DNA of 48,196 bases from Candidatus Micrarchaeota archaeon (GCA_964419095.1 CAYQOG010000003.1:1-48196), one strand, 5' to 3'; numbered from the stretch's first letter, positions 19,459 to 28,751 are shown. Program-made: numbers and translations. The notes: generated by a model not told the origin, from the letters alone.

Positions 19459-19785
19459 TCAGATTCCGGCCTTTGAGAACTTGCAGTCGAAATTGTTCCC
19501 CTTCCTGCATATTGTGCAGATTGCCGCATTGGCATATTCCTTCTTTCCCTGCGCGATCATGCTTATCTTGTTCGCTATCGATGCCATGTCAACGCCCTTC
19601 TCCACGTCCTTTATCGCCTTTGAATATTTCCCTGAGAGGTATTTGCTTACCGCAGCCTGCGCAACGCCCAATTGGCTTGCTATCTCCTGCTCCGTCATCT
19701 GGTAGCGCTCCTTCAATTCTCTTGCGATTATCGAGCGCGCTGCAGGTATCATCAGCTTTGACGCCCTTGCGTATCCGTTGGTCAT
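19459..19785 (-). CDS. XRE-type HTH transcriptional regulator with a Cys-rich tail
   Basis: MTEQEIASQLGVAQAAVSKYL HTH; C-terminal CTIC-x7-C; first gene of the suf operon. Confidence 0.85.
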   Translation of the reverse strand: MTNGYARASKLMIPAARSIIARELKERYQMTEQEIASQLGVAQAAVSKYLSGKYSKAIKDVEKGVDMASIANKISMIAQGKKEYANAAICTICRKGNNFDCKFSKAGI

Positions 19786-19796
19786 CGACTGGCCCT

Positions 19797-19813
19797 TTAT
19801 AACTCAGTTATAA
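19797..19813. promoter_or_regulatory. Palindromic operator candidate TTATAACT-C-AGTTATAA
   Basis: Perfect 8-1-8 inverted repeat between the TATA box (~19833-19840, minus strand) and the regulator ATG. Confidence 0.7.
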
Positions 19814-19865
19814 TTAGTATGCCATAAGCAACTTTATATACCTTGTTACGGGGGTTGGCAATTGT

Positions 19866-20215
19866 TCAGCTACCCGTGGTGTAGCGGAAGACGCAGAAGG
19901 TCGTGGTTGGCCTTACCGTTGTAGTTGGTCTCGTTGTTGTTGGTCCTACCGTGGTAGTAGGCCTTGTCGTAGTTGATCTCCCGGAGTTGCGGTGTGCGTA
20001 GTCGTAGCGGTTGAGGATGTGCTGGTGCTGGTTGTTGCGACCGTTGTTGTAGAAGCGAGCGTCGTTGTGGATATGCTGGTTGGGTGGTTGTTGAGGATGA
20101 AGATATGACATTGACTGTAGTCTTCGAAAGCATGGTCGTTGTAGGCATGGTAGTGCGGTGGACCCTCAGTAGTAATTCTCGGACTGAAGCCCTGAGTTGC
20201 TAGGAGAAACGGCAC
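19866..20215 (-). pseudogene. Degenerate Thr/Ser-rich (mucin-like stalk) coding remnant
   Basis: Thr-rich translation passes successively through three frames; ends in RPTTT/GPTTT repeats. Confidence 0.55.
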
Positions 20216-20248
20216 TCCTGTAAGTTTCCCAATGGCAATGCATGCGGA

Positions 20249-23200
20249 TCAGCGCCTGAAGGAACTCCTCCCTCTCCTGATACGGTAGGCGAAGAAAATC
20301 AGCAGGGCGCTGAGCACTGCGGCGAGGGCGTAAATCCACGGCCAACCAAACCATTCCTGCTGCTGGCTTTTTCCGGCTGCCTGGCTCGTCCCCGCTGGGG
20401 AGAGCGATCGTTCGAATATGCCCACCACATGACCGTTCTGCGCCGGAAACTCTATCCTGCACGGATTCTGCAGCACCACTGCGTTGTAGACCTGCTGCCA
20501 CGTGCCGTTTACATAGGCGAAAGGCACCACCCCCGGATTGAGGCTGCAGTTGTACTCTATGGTGGTGTTGACCGTGAGATTGCCCGAGGGCGTCGCGCTC
20601 ACCGCGAAGACGAATATCTTCGAATAGTTGACTGGTGCAGTCGACTGGGGTGTCTCATTCTTCACAGAGATTCGAACCTGCTGGCTGCTCTGGTTGCTGC
20701 TGCTTATCTTAAGCGTCATGAAAGGCGTTACGTTGAGCTGCACCGGAGCGTTCGCCGATACGGTCAGTATGTTAGACACATAGCCGCTGACGGTCGTTGT
20801 CGGTGCCGCTGTAGTGGCCGGCACGGTTGTCCGCACAGTGCTTTGTTCAGCGGTTGTGCTCGCCGTAACTGTTGCCGTAGACGACGCCGAGGTGCCGGCA
20901 TTCTGCCTGAGCGTGTATATGGCCTCTATGCTGGCTATGCCTGTCTGGTACGTCTGATTGCAGACTGCCCCATACCCAAGGCCGTAAGCGTCGTGCTGGT
21001 AGTCATAGACATTGCCGTTTATGGTCACGCTGCAGGCAAAGCTGACAGACGCGAGCGATCCGGTGTAAGTTGCCCCTGCAGGAAGCTGGTTCTGGTAATA
21101 GTGCTGCGAGTCCACAGTGAATACAGGGGCCGCTGACGCAGAGTTAGAGTTTATATTGTCCGATATCGAGATGGCGGATGGCTGCGGCACGCCTGCCCCG
21201 CCACCGCCTGCCGTTGGGGAAGGCGCTGCAGAAACAATTACATTTGCCGCAACAGAATTTGCTGTTGACTGGCCTGAAGCTGCATGCAGCACGAACCAGT
21301 ATGTGCCTGTTGCCGTGCCTGTGGAAGTAGCAAAGATTGCATTCTGCGATTGCGCAAGCCCATTCGAGGTCCCTGTGCCAAGCAGGGTGTTCGCCTCTGC
21401 TGCATTTGCAGATGTCGCTGCGGGTATGGCTCCAAGCGCCGCGTACCACTGATAGGTGTACGGGCCGATGCCTCCCGATGCATTTGAGGATATCTCAGCT
21501 GTGCTGCCCTGGGTCACGGACTGCATGAGCGGAGATGGCATGGAAACCGAAAGCTTCAGTATTGAGGAGGAGACCGATGATTCTGAAACAGAGGACCGTA
21601 TCCTGAACCACTGTGCGTGCACATACTTGTCATTCCACCACGATCCAAAGAATGGATGGAAGCCGTTGTAAGTGGTGTCGTTGTGGCCCACTATGGGCAT
21701 GTACTGCACCTCGCCCTGTATCTGGTTTGATCCTAGCGTCAGCGTTATCGCGTTGTACGTTGAGGCTATCTCCGTGTTAGGAGACATGTCGGTGCTCACT
21801 CCCCCGGCGTACTTGACCAGGTCGAAGTCGCTGACAGATAATCCTGATATCTGGTACCCGTTCTGAAAAGAGTTGGTGGTGTCAGCATATCCCAGGTCAT
21901 ATACGGGCGCTGTTCCCGTCACTGCGGCAAGCTCATCTATGGAGACAGGCCTTCCATACGTGGCGTTTAGCGTTACCTGGTCCTGGTTTGTGGTACCTGT
22001 ACCGGTGAATGATATCCCGTTGTCAACGACTAGGTTCGCGGCGTCCGTGGTATTGAATCCAGCGGGCATTGTGTTGCCTGCGAAGTTGTAATAGGCTGTG
22101 AACACCTTCGCGCCGTTGTCATACTGCGCGTAGATGCCGTTGCAGGACATCGCGTTGGCATTCGAGCAGCTCAGCTGGGGCGCCTCTCCCACGAAGTTGC
22201 CGTCAAGGAGGACGTTGTCTGTAGGACCGAAGACCAAGTACGCCACGTTAGACACTGCATTCCCCGTGTCTGCGGTCAGAAACGTGTTTGAGGGCGTGTC
22301 GAACCAGTAGATTACGTTGCTTGAGCTGGAGAGCGTCGCCGGCAGCGAGTTCTCCTCGTTCATTAGATTTCCTTCAAGCCAGGAATATGCAACGGTTCCG
22401 TTGGAGAACGCTATCGCAGTGTTGTTGAGCGTGTTCGACTCCTCAGACGCGTAGGCAAGCGCGTTGAAGCTTATCATGAGCGACGTGTTTGCAGGCACTG
22501 CAGTCGCCTGCGTGCTGGTGAGCTTGAATGCCACGGTGCTGTCCGCCGTGATCCTGCGCACATAGGCATTGTTGGAAGCCAGCCCCGATGTTATGTCGTT
22601 TGCGAATAGTGCCGTGGAGCCCGGGTCGAGCGAATTATAGGCTATGCTGACAGTGTTGGCTGCAGAAGCTAGCACATTGCCTGAGGAGCTCTCTATCTCG
22701 CATGTATCCCCCGAGGCGCATGTGGCCGTAATAAGTGCGTTGTCGGATGGTGAGCCTATCAGGACGTCGATGGCGTTGGAGGCTATCGAGTTCGCAAGGC
22801 TCAGGGATGGCTGCAGCCTGATGCTGCCGAACTGTGCGTCAGGCATGGTGCCGCCAGGCGGATAAGACCTCATCCTGAACCACTGCGCATGGATCGTCTG
22901 GTTGTTGTTGACGTAGAGCATCGGATATGCTGCTGCGGCGGTATTGACCGAGGAGCTCGATTCCGTGACCGAGTAGTTCCAGGTGGCGATCCCGTTCGTT
23001 CCCTGCCAGCTGTCGGAGGCCACATACGGGCCGCCCGGATTCAATGAGTACCTGGCATTGCTTCCGGCGCCGTTGGTGACATAGACCATCTCGAACCTGG
23101 GCGGCGTCCCCCCTCCAGCTCCTGCGAGCACCGCGTTTCCGGTGATCCCCCACCATCCGGAGTTGGTTCCTGAATCTCCGGTTGTGCTGAATCCCACCAG

Positions 23201-23935
23201 CTCATCCGAGCTTCGGGTGCTTGAAAGTATGTAACTGTCTATGACGTTGCCGGTGGGCAAGACCGTTGACCCTTCATAGATTGCGGCGCTCTCGCCTGAG
23301 GCGCTGTAGAGCGTTATGCCGTTGTCTATTGAGAGGGTGGAGCTCACCCCAGCATAGGTCCATCCTGCCGGCGCTGCGGATGAGACTCCCTGAAAATTAA
23401 GGTATAACGGAAAGACGTTCGCGCCGTTGTCGTACTGCGCGTAGATGCCGTTGCATGTTATCGTGTTGACCGTGTTCCCGCTACCTGAGCATGAGAGCTG
23501 CGGCGCCTCTCCAGTAATGGTGTTGCTGAACTCGTTGACCGCGGTTGGAAAGAAGCCCATGTATATCGTATTGGCTGAGTTTGCCGCAAGGAAGGTACTC
23601 GCAGGGTATATCCTGAGCCAGTAGACCGTATTTGCCGATGTATAGAGGCTATTGGTCTGTTGCTCGTTGAGCGCGTTGCCCTCCATCCATGAAGGGATTA
23701 CTGTTCCGTTAGAATAGAAGAACTCGATGTTCTGCAGGTTCGGGGCCTCGTAGCTCTTGTACGCCAGCGAATTGACAGTGAGCATGATCTGCGAGTTCTG
23801 CGTCAATGCTATGTTCTGCTGGTTCGTCAGCGTTACAGGCAGATCCCCCGCAAGCCCGCCAGGCGCCCCGCCTGCAAACACAAGTGTAGAGAGGATAAGC
23901 AAAGGAAGAAGCATATCCAGTAACTTGAGACCCAT
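20249..23935 (-). CDS. Large membrane-anchored surface protein with a duplicated DUF2341-like/beta-rich module
   Basis: Signal peptide; two repeats (SWxEGN...GEAPQLSC...CNGIYAQYDNGA...HAQWFRxRS); Thr-rich linker; C-terminal TM and Arg-rich tail. Confidence 0.85.
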   Translation of the reverse strand: MGLKLLDMLLPLLILSTLVFAGGAPGGLAGDLPVTLTNQQNIALTQNSQIMLTVNSLAYKSYEAPNLQNIEFFYSNGTVIPSWMEGNALNEQQTNSLYTSANTVYWLRIYPASTFLAANSANTIYMGFFPTAVNEFSNTITGEAPQLSCSGSGNTVNTITCNGIYAQYDNGANVFPLYLNFQGVSSAAPAGWTYAGVSSTLSIDNGITLYSASGESAAIYEGSTVLPTGNVIDSYILSSTRSSDELVGFSTTGDSGTNSGWWGITGNAVLAGAGGGTPPRFEMVYVTNGAGSNARYSLNPGGPYVASDSWQGTNGIATWNYSVTESSSSVNTAAAAYPMLYVNNNQTIHAQWFRMRSYPPGGTMPDAQFGSIRLQPSLSLANSIASNAIDVLIGSPSDNALITATCASGDTCEIESSSGNVLASAANTVSIAYNSLDPGSTALFANDITSGLASNNAYVRRITADSTVAFKLTSTQATAVPANTSLMISFNALAYASEESNTLNNTAIAFSNGTVAYSWLEGNLMNEENSLPATLSSSSNVIYWFDTPSNTFLTADTGNAVSNVAYLVFGPTDNVLLDGNFVGEAPQLSCSNANAMSCNGIYAQYDNGAKVFTAYYNFAGNTMPAGFNTTDAANLVVDNGISFTGTGTTNQDQVTLNATYGRPVSIDELAAVTGTAPVYDLGYADTTNSFQNGYQISGLSVSDFDLVKYAGGVSTDMSPNTEIASTYNAITLTLGSNQIQGEVQYMPIVGHNDTTYNGFHPFFGSWWNDKYVHAQWFRIRSSVSESSVSSSILKLSVSMPSPLMQSVTQGSTAEISSNASGGIGPYTYQWYAALGAIPAATSANAAEANTLLGTGTSNGLAQSQNAIFATSTGTATGTYWFVLHAASGQSTANSVAANVIVSAAPSPTAGGGGAGVPQPSAISISDNINSNSASAAPVFTVDSQHYYQNQLPAGATYTGSLASVSFACSVTINGNVYDYQHDAYGLGYGAVCNQTYQTGIASIEAIYTLRQNAGTSASSTATVTASTTAEQSTVRTTVPATTAAPTTTVSGYVSNILTVSANAPVQLNVTPFMTLKISSSNQSSQQVRISVKNETPQSTAPVNYSKIFVFAVSATPSGNLTVNTTIEYNCSLNPGVVPFAYVNGTWQQVYNAVVLQNPCRIEFPAQNGHVVGIFERSLSPAGTSQAAGKSQQQEWFGWPWIYALAAVLSALLIFFAYRIRRGRSSFRR

Positions 23936-24223
23936 GTTCGCTACCGCTAACAATCCGAGACAAATTTATTTAAATAGAATGGAAGAGCTTCCATAATTTA
24001 TAGACCTCCGCTAAAGTCTTTTGGAAGCCAAGTATCATAAATCTTCTTTTCGTTGGTTCACCACGCCCAGCATGGATATTCGAGACGACTCTCAACAACT
24101 AAACCGGCCTGCCGCTATGGCGGGTTTCTTATTCTCGAAGTGCCCCTTGTCTCTAACCATACGATACTCATATGGACTTTGGATGTGCTTATGTGCCTCG
24201 GAGAATGCGGACGCTTTAAAGTC

Positions 24224-24295
24224 AGCCCCAGAAGGGAATCGAACCCTCGACTTCTAGTTTACAAAACTAGCGCTCTACCACTGAGCTACTGGGGC
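24224..24295 (-). tRNA. tRNA-Thr(UGU)
   Basis: GCCCCAG/CTGGGGC acceptor, CTAGT-TTTGTAA-ACTAG anticodon arm, GTTCGAT T-loop. Confidence 0.96.
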
Positions 24296-24418
24296 GCCGT
24301 GGCCGCTTCTATTCATTCTGCTGCCACCAATATAAAGATTTCATCGTGCTCCTGAACGGTTCGGAGTAAAGCTATATAAGAGATTGCCGCCTTATTACTC
24401 TCGTATAGTGGGAACGCA

Positions 24419-25171
24419 ATGGCGGCATTAGTAGACGCGCGCAGGAAACCTTTTGAAGTAAGGGCAGGTATGGGCGGCGCTGCTGGGAATGGCTTGGGAT
24501 CAGCGCAGGCCCAAGCGTGCACAGCTTCGGAGACGCTGGCTATGTGGAATAGATATTACGATGGGAGGTACTACCCGTTCGGCCATGCGTATGAGTATGC
24601 AATAGGAACGGAGCTTTCCCTCTTGCGAAGGGCGCAGAGGCGCCGGTATCCCGATTACGATGCATTGGGCAGCGCGATCAGGAGGAGCGGGTGGCTCATG
24701 TGGCAGATTGCGGGAGGCCTTTACGACAGGCGTAGGGTTGATGACGGCGAAGTTGGACAGTTCGCCAGAGCCGTAGGGACAGACATCAAGACGCTGAGGC
24801 GAATAGGCGTGGAGGCGGTGGAGAGGGGTGCGCCGCTGAGGATACTTCCGGACGAGGGGCTTGCGATGCTTGTCACGGCCACGAACAAGGATGCAGAACT
24901 GCATCCGGAGAGGTATGTGGAGAGCGAGGCGGTTGGAGCGGGAGTCCGGCATATAAGGGAGGCCGTCTGGATGAGAAGAAAGCAGCTGGCAAAGCGCAGC
25001 GATACTCCAAGGGAATTCATAGCTGCGCTGGAGCATGGCCGCGTGCCGGCAGAGCTGATGCGCTCCCCATTCATATTAAACCTCCTGGATGTGCTGAGGG
25101 TGGACATGGACGGCATCAGAGCCATAGGCTCGCTGGTTATTGAGAGCAGGGGATCAGGAGGTGCAGTCTGA
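24419..25171 (+). CDS. Hypothetical protein
   Basis: 250-aa ORF after a TATA-like element (~24373); GGAGGTG SD for the next gene at its end. Confidence 0.7.
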   Translation: MAALVDARRKPFEVRAGMGGAAGNGLGSAQAQACTASETLAMWNRYYDGRYYPFGHAYEYAIGTELSLLRRAQRRRYPDYDALGSAIRRSGWLMWQIAGGLYDRRRVDDGEVGQFARAVGTDIKTLRRIGVEAVERGAPLRILPDEGLAMLVTATNKDAELHPERYVESEAVGAGVRHIREAVWMRRKQLAKRSDTPREFIAALEHGRVPAELMRSPFILNLLDVLRVDMDGIRAIGSLVIESRGSGGAV

Positions 25172-25557
25172 TGATAAAACGGGTACGCGGCGACGCAATA
25201 TACAAGCCCTCAAAGGAGATGCCTGGCGAGACGTTCACGAAGCTCTATCTCTCATTGCGCGGAAACGGGCAGCTTGCGCACGCCATGGCCACCTCGAACG
25301 AGCTTGCGATGCTGAAACGAGTAGGCAACGCTACAAAAGGCACGACAGTGGCCCATTTGGTGGCTGCCACTGATGCAGGAGCGCAGGCATTAGTTGCAAG
25401 GACAGCATGGGATCCTGAAACAATGAAAGGTATATTTGACCTCAGGAACGATAACGGAGTGACTGTCAGGGACGTTGTCGAGGCAAGGCTTTACGGTGCG
25501 CCGATACAAACCAGGAGTGCAGTAGACCAGGAGATGGCGGAGAGCCTAAGGTCCTGA
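25171..25557 (+). CDS. Hypothetical protein with ankyrin-like motifs
   Basis: Coupled start (TGATG); GTTVAHLVAA and DLRNDNGVTV resemble degenerate ankyrin repeats. Confidence 0.6.
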   Translation: MIKRVRGDAIYKPSKEMPGETFTKLYLSLRGNGQLAHAMATSNELAMLKRVGNATKGTTVAHLVAATDAGAQALVARTAWDPETMKGIFDLRNDNGVTVRDVVEARLYGAPIQTRSAVDQEMAESLRS

Positions 25558-25635
25558 TTTCTGCCGGCATGGAAGGTCATAGCGCGGAGCATACTGGTTT
25601 TTAATTGTTTAATTCCCATTAGCCTAGGGATCGCT

Positions 25636-27300
25636 ATGCCTGTGGGCAAACTTCATATCCTGGCTTCGCTAATCTTTGCAACTCTATTCTTTTCGCTGGC
25701 AAACGCCCAGCTCACGGTAACAGTCTCTTCGCAGAGGGCCGTCATGGATGCGGGCCAGAACAGCATGGTAACCGCCAACGTGGCAGGAGGAAACGGCGCA
25801 TACACATGTCTGTGGACCTGGCATCCGCTCAACAGGCCCTCGCAGATATCCTCATTCGGCGGCCAGTCATGCGTAACTACATTCTTCGGGAACGGCTCCG
25901 ACCTTGCCTCTCCAGACGTAATTGTAGCGAATGCCAATGATGTGCTCGGGGACACAGGCAGCGGGAGCGTGAACATTGCAGTGAAGACTGCGCTCTCAAT
26001 ATCGATCACTGCGTCTGCAAATGCGATATACGCAGGAAACGGCATATCAATTTCCAATGACACGACGAACAGCACATTCGGAGTTCCCAGCGGCTCGCCC
26101 GCTTATACATTTTCTTATATAATTCCTGCCAATGTGATAGAGAATGGAAACGGGTTCACATTCCCGAATGCGGGCACGTACAGGATAATAGAAGTGGTTG
26201 AGGATTCCAACGGCGCATTTGCCAATGCAAGCGTTACCATAACAGCGCTGCCGGTGCCGGTCCCGGTCTTCGTAAGCATCTCAACGCCCTCTTCATTGCT
26301 CGAGCTTGGGCAGAGCGAACAGGTGTCTGCAGCGCCAACGGCGGGAGTGCCGCCATACACATTCTCTTGGTTCGTAAACAGCGTTCAGGTAGCATCGGGG
26401 TCCTCAAACACCCTTGCATTCATTCCAGACTCAGCAGGCACATACAGCATATACTCTGAGGTATTCGACTCGGCCGGTGATACAAGCAACTCGCAGGCGC
26501 TGACGATAAACGTCATAGGGGGACCGTCGGTCTCGCTGCACGCAACCCCATCGCTCATCAGCGCAGGGCAAAGTGTGAAGCTGGGCAATACAACCATAGG
26601 AGGCATGGCTCCTTACACTTATGCATACGCTTTCAGCAGCCAGGCGGGAGTCGTGCAGAATGGCAACAACATTGTAACGTTCAACACTCCGGGAAACTAC
26701 ATTGTCACGCTCACAGCGCAGGATTCGCTGGGCGGGAAGGCAAGCTCCAATGCGCTTGTAACAGTGACTCCCGTACTCGCCGTAACGCTAAGCGCTAACA
26801 CAAACCAGATAAATGCAGGTCAGTCCGTTGGATTCACCAATTCAACCACGGGGGGCACAGGATCGGAGCAGTATTCCTATTCGGTCTCGCCGAACAACGG
26901 GTTCAATGAGAACGGCAACTCGTTCACGTTCAACGCTCCCGGCAATTACATAGTGACACTGACTGTGAATGACATATCAGGCGAGGTTGCCTCTTCAAAT
27001 TCGCCCATAACGGTGTTCTCCAAGAACTCGACCAAGTGCGGGGGCGATGGCCATGTAAGTAATGAGGACTCGTATGGCCAGTCATACCAGGGCCACGGGG
27101 ACGAGAGCAGCCATCAGGGCTACCGGCAGGGTTATGGTTCCGGTTACAACTCCTGGGGCGACACGAACCATGATGGCCAGATGGGAGACCATGGCGACTC
27201 GAACGGGTCATGCACGGATCATGAGCATGGCGATGATGACTCTGGTCACGGCGACGATAATGGCATGAACTATGGCCAGTCAAATCAGCAGTACAGATAA
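25636..27300 (+). CDS. Secreted PKD/Ig-like repeat protein with a Gly/His/Asp-rich tail
   Basis: Signal peptide; repeated GGxxPYTY...F..PGNYIVTLT modules; low-complexity C-terminus. Confidence 0.82.
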   Translation: MPVGKLHILASLIFATLFFSLANAQLTVTVSSQRAVMDAGQNSMVTANVAGGNGAYTCLWTWHPLNRPSQISSFGGQSCVTTFFGNGSDLASPDVIVANANDVLGDTGSGSVNIAVKTALSISITASANAIYAGNGISISNDTTNSTFGVPSGSPAYTFSYIIPANVIENGNGFTFPNAGTYRIIEVVEDSNGAFANASVTITALPVPVPVFVSISTPSSLLELGQSEQVSAAPTAGVPPYTFSWFVNSVQVASGSSNTLAFIPDSAGTYSIYSEVFDSAGDTSNSQALTINVIGGPSVSLHATPSLISAGQSVKLGNTTIGGMAPYTYAYAFSSQAGVVQNGNNIVTFNTPGNYIVTLTAQDSLGGKASSNALVTVTPVLAVTLSANTNQINAGQSVGFTNSTTGGTGSEQYSYSVSPNNGFNENGNSFTFNAPGNYIVTLTVNDISGEVASSNSPITVFSKNSTKCGGDGHVSNEDSYGQSYQGHGDESSHQGYRQGYGSGYNSWGDTNHDGQMGDHGDSNGSCTDHEHGDDDSGHGDDNGMNYGQSNQQYR

Positions 27301-27364
27301 CCGGCCAGGTAGAAGGGACATGCAGCCTCTCCTTAAGCGGCAGGCAGGCCGGCCAGGTATGCAC

Positions 27365-27925
27365 ATGGCCTCAAAACTCCAATCGGCAATGGAGTACCTG
27401 ATGACCTACGGCTGGGCAATACTGATAATAGCAATAGTGCTTGGCGTGCTCTATTATCTGGGCGTTTTTTCTCCCCAGGTCATAAACGGATGCGTTGCCC
27501 AGCCGGATTACCTCTGCCAGCAGCTGGTCTTCAACGCCAATGTCGCAAACCTCTACGGCGATCCGAGCGTGAGCGTGAATCTGGGAGTAGCATCGACGCA
27601 GCCGTGGTCCAACGTATACTTCACCATAGTGCCGGAGGGGCAGCAGATAACGGATACGACTCTGGCCGACGAGGCGAACGCGAATGACATATTCTATTGG
27701 GGGCAGCTATACGGGCAGTATTATTTCACCCCTTCCCTTGCCCAGGGGCAGATTGCCACCGCGAAGATGTACATAAGCACTAATTATCCAGGCATAAGCA
27801 GTACGACGCCGATCCTTGGCACAAAGCTGGTAGGCAGCATATGGGCCATGTATACGACAGCGAGCACAACGAACGCGCTTGTGCAGGTTGCCGTGTTCAG
27901 CACCGTAGCCACAAGAAACAACTGA
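27365..27925 (+). CDS. Type IV pilin-like protein (class III signal peptide)
   Basis: MASKLQSAMEYLMTYGWAILIIAIVLGVLYYLGVF followed by CxxxxxxxC. Confidence 0.85.
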   Translation: MASKLQSAMEYLMTYGWAILIIAIVLGVLYYLGVFSPQVINGCVAQPDYLCQQLVFNANVANLYGDPSVSVNLGVASTQPWSNVYFTIVPEGQQITDTTLADEANANDIFYWGQLYGQYYFTPSLAQGQIATAKMYISTNYPGISSTTPILGTKLVGSIWAMYTTASTTNALVQVAVFSTVATRNN

Positions 27926-27929
27926 GCGG

Positions 27930-28559
27930 TCACAGCATGCCTGTTCGCGAGGCTGGCGAAGCCGAAACCAGCCCGTTCTTTATGACCGCGTATTGGGCAG
28001 GTATCTCGGCTGCTGTAGGAACCCTCTCGACTCCGCGCCGTATCAGGGAGACCAGCGTGTCCATCAGCATAGGCTTGTACCCTGTAAGCTCCACGCTCAC
28101 GTTTATCGTCCTGCTGCGCGGGTTGAAGAAGGGATATGTCTCCATGTCCTTGTTGTGCATATGCCCGTGTATCATCCATGTGTTCCCATCAAGGCCTGCC
28201 GGCCTGTGCTCAGGGTTGTGCACAACATGGAATTTGATCCCCTGATGAGTGAATGTGGCGCTCTCCACTGAGCCAGGCACGCCTATGTCGCGGTTGCCCC
28301 TGACGAAGGTTATCTGCCCGTTCAATTGCCCAAGCCAGTAGCTGGCAGGCCTGAAGCCCTTTCCAGGAGTCATGTCCCCCACAAAGTATACAGTATCCCA
28401 AGGCTGCACAACGGAATTCCAGTTTATCCTCATTGCGCTGTTCATCTGCGAGACCTCCTCGAACGGCCTCGCGCATCGCTTCATGATATTCACATGGTCG
28501 AAATGCGTATCGCTGACGAAGAATATCCTGCTGATGCCCACCTGCCTTATTTCTGGCAT
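27930..28559 (-). CDS. Calcineurin-like metallophosphoesterase
   Basis: SDTHF, VGD, GNRD, VHNP, HGHMH motifs. Confidence 0.85.
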   Translation of the reverse strand: MPEIRQVGISRIFFVSDTHFDHVNIMKRCARPFEEVSQMNSAMRINWNSVVQPWDTVYFVGDMTPGKGFRPASYWLGQLNGQITFVRGNRDIGVPGSVESATFTHQGIKFHVVHNPEHRPAGLDGNTWMIHGHMHNKDMETYPFFNPRSRTINVSVELTGYKPMLMDTLVSLIRRGVERVPTAAEIPAQYAVIKNGLVSASPASRTGML

Positions 28560-28608
28560 GCAAAACAATCCTCTTTCCCTCTATTTAAACAAATTGTCTA
28601 AAATCAGT

Positions 28609-28683
28609 TGCTCCCAACGGGATTTGAACCCGTGTCGCAGGCGTGAGAGGCCTGCGTCCTTGACCGGACTAGACGATAGGAGC
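28609..28683 (-). tRNA. tRNA-Glu(CUC)
   Basis: GCTCCTA/TGGGAGC acceptor, CAGGC-CTCTCAC-GCCTG anticodon arm, GTTCAAAT T-loop. Confidence 0.96.
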
Positions 28684-28751
28684 ATTAGCAGTACCTTGTT
28701 ATTTGAGAATACATTAATATATCTCTTTTGCCCTGTTTAACTGCTGGTCTC

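Noticed and set aside
19890-19980. Short repeats as a CRISPR array
   Set aside because: Degenerate codon-level PTTT repeats without a spacer structure; no cas genes.
24100-24131. GC hairpin plus T-run as a terminator or ncRNA
   Set aside because: Short stem with a GU pair, and no upstream gene on that strand to terminate.
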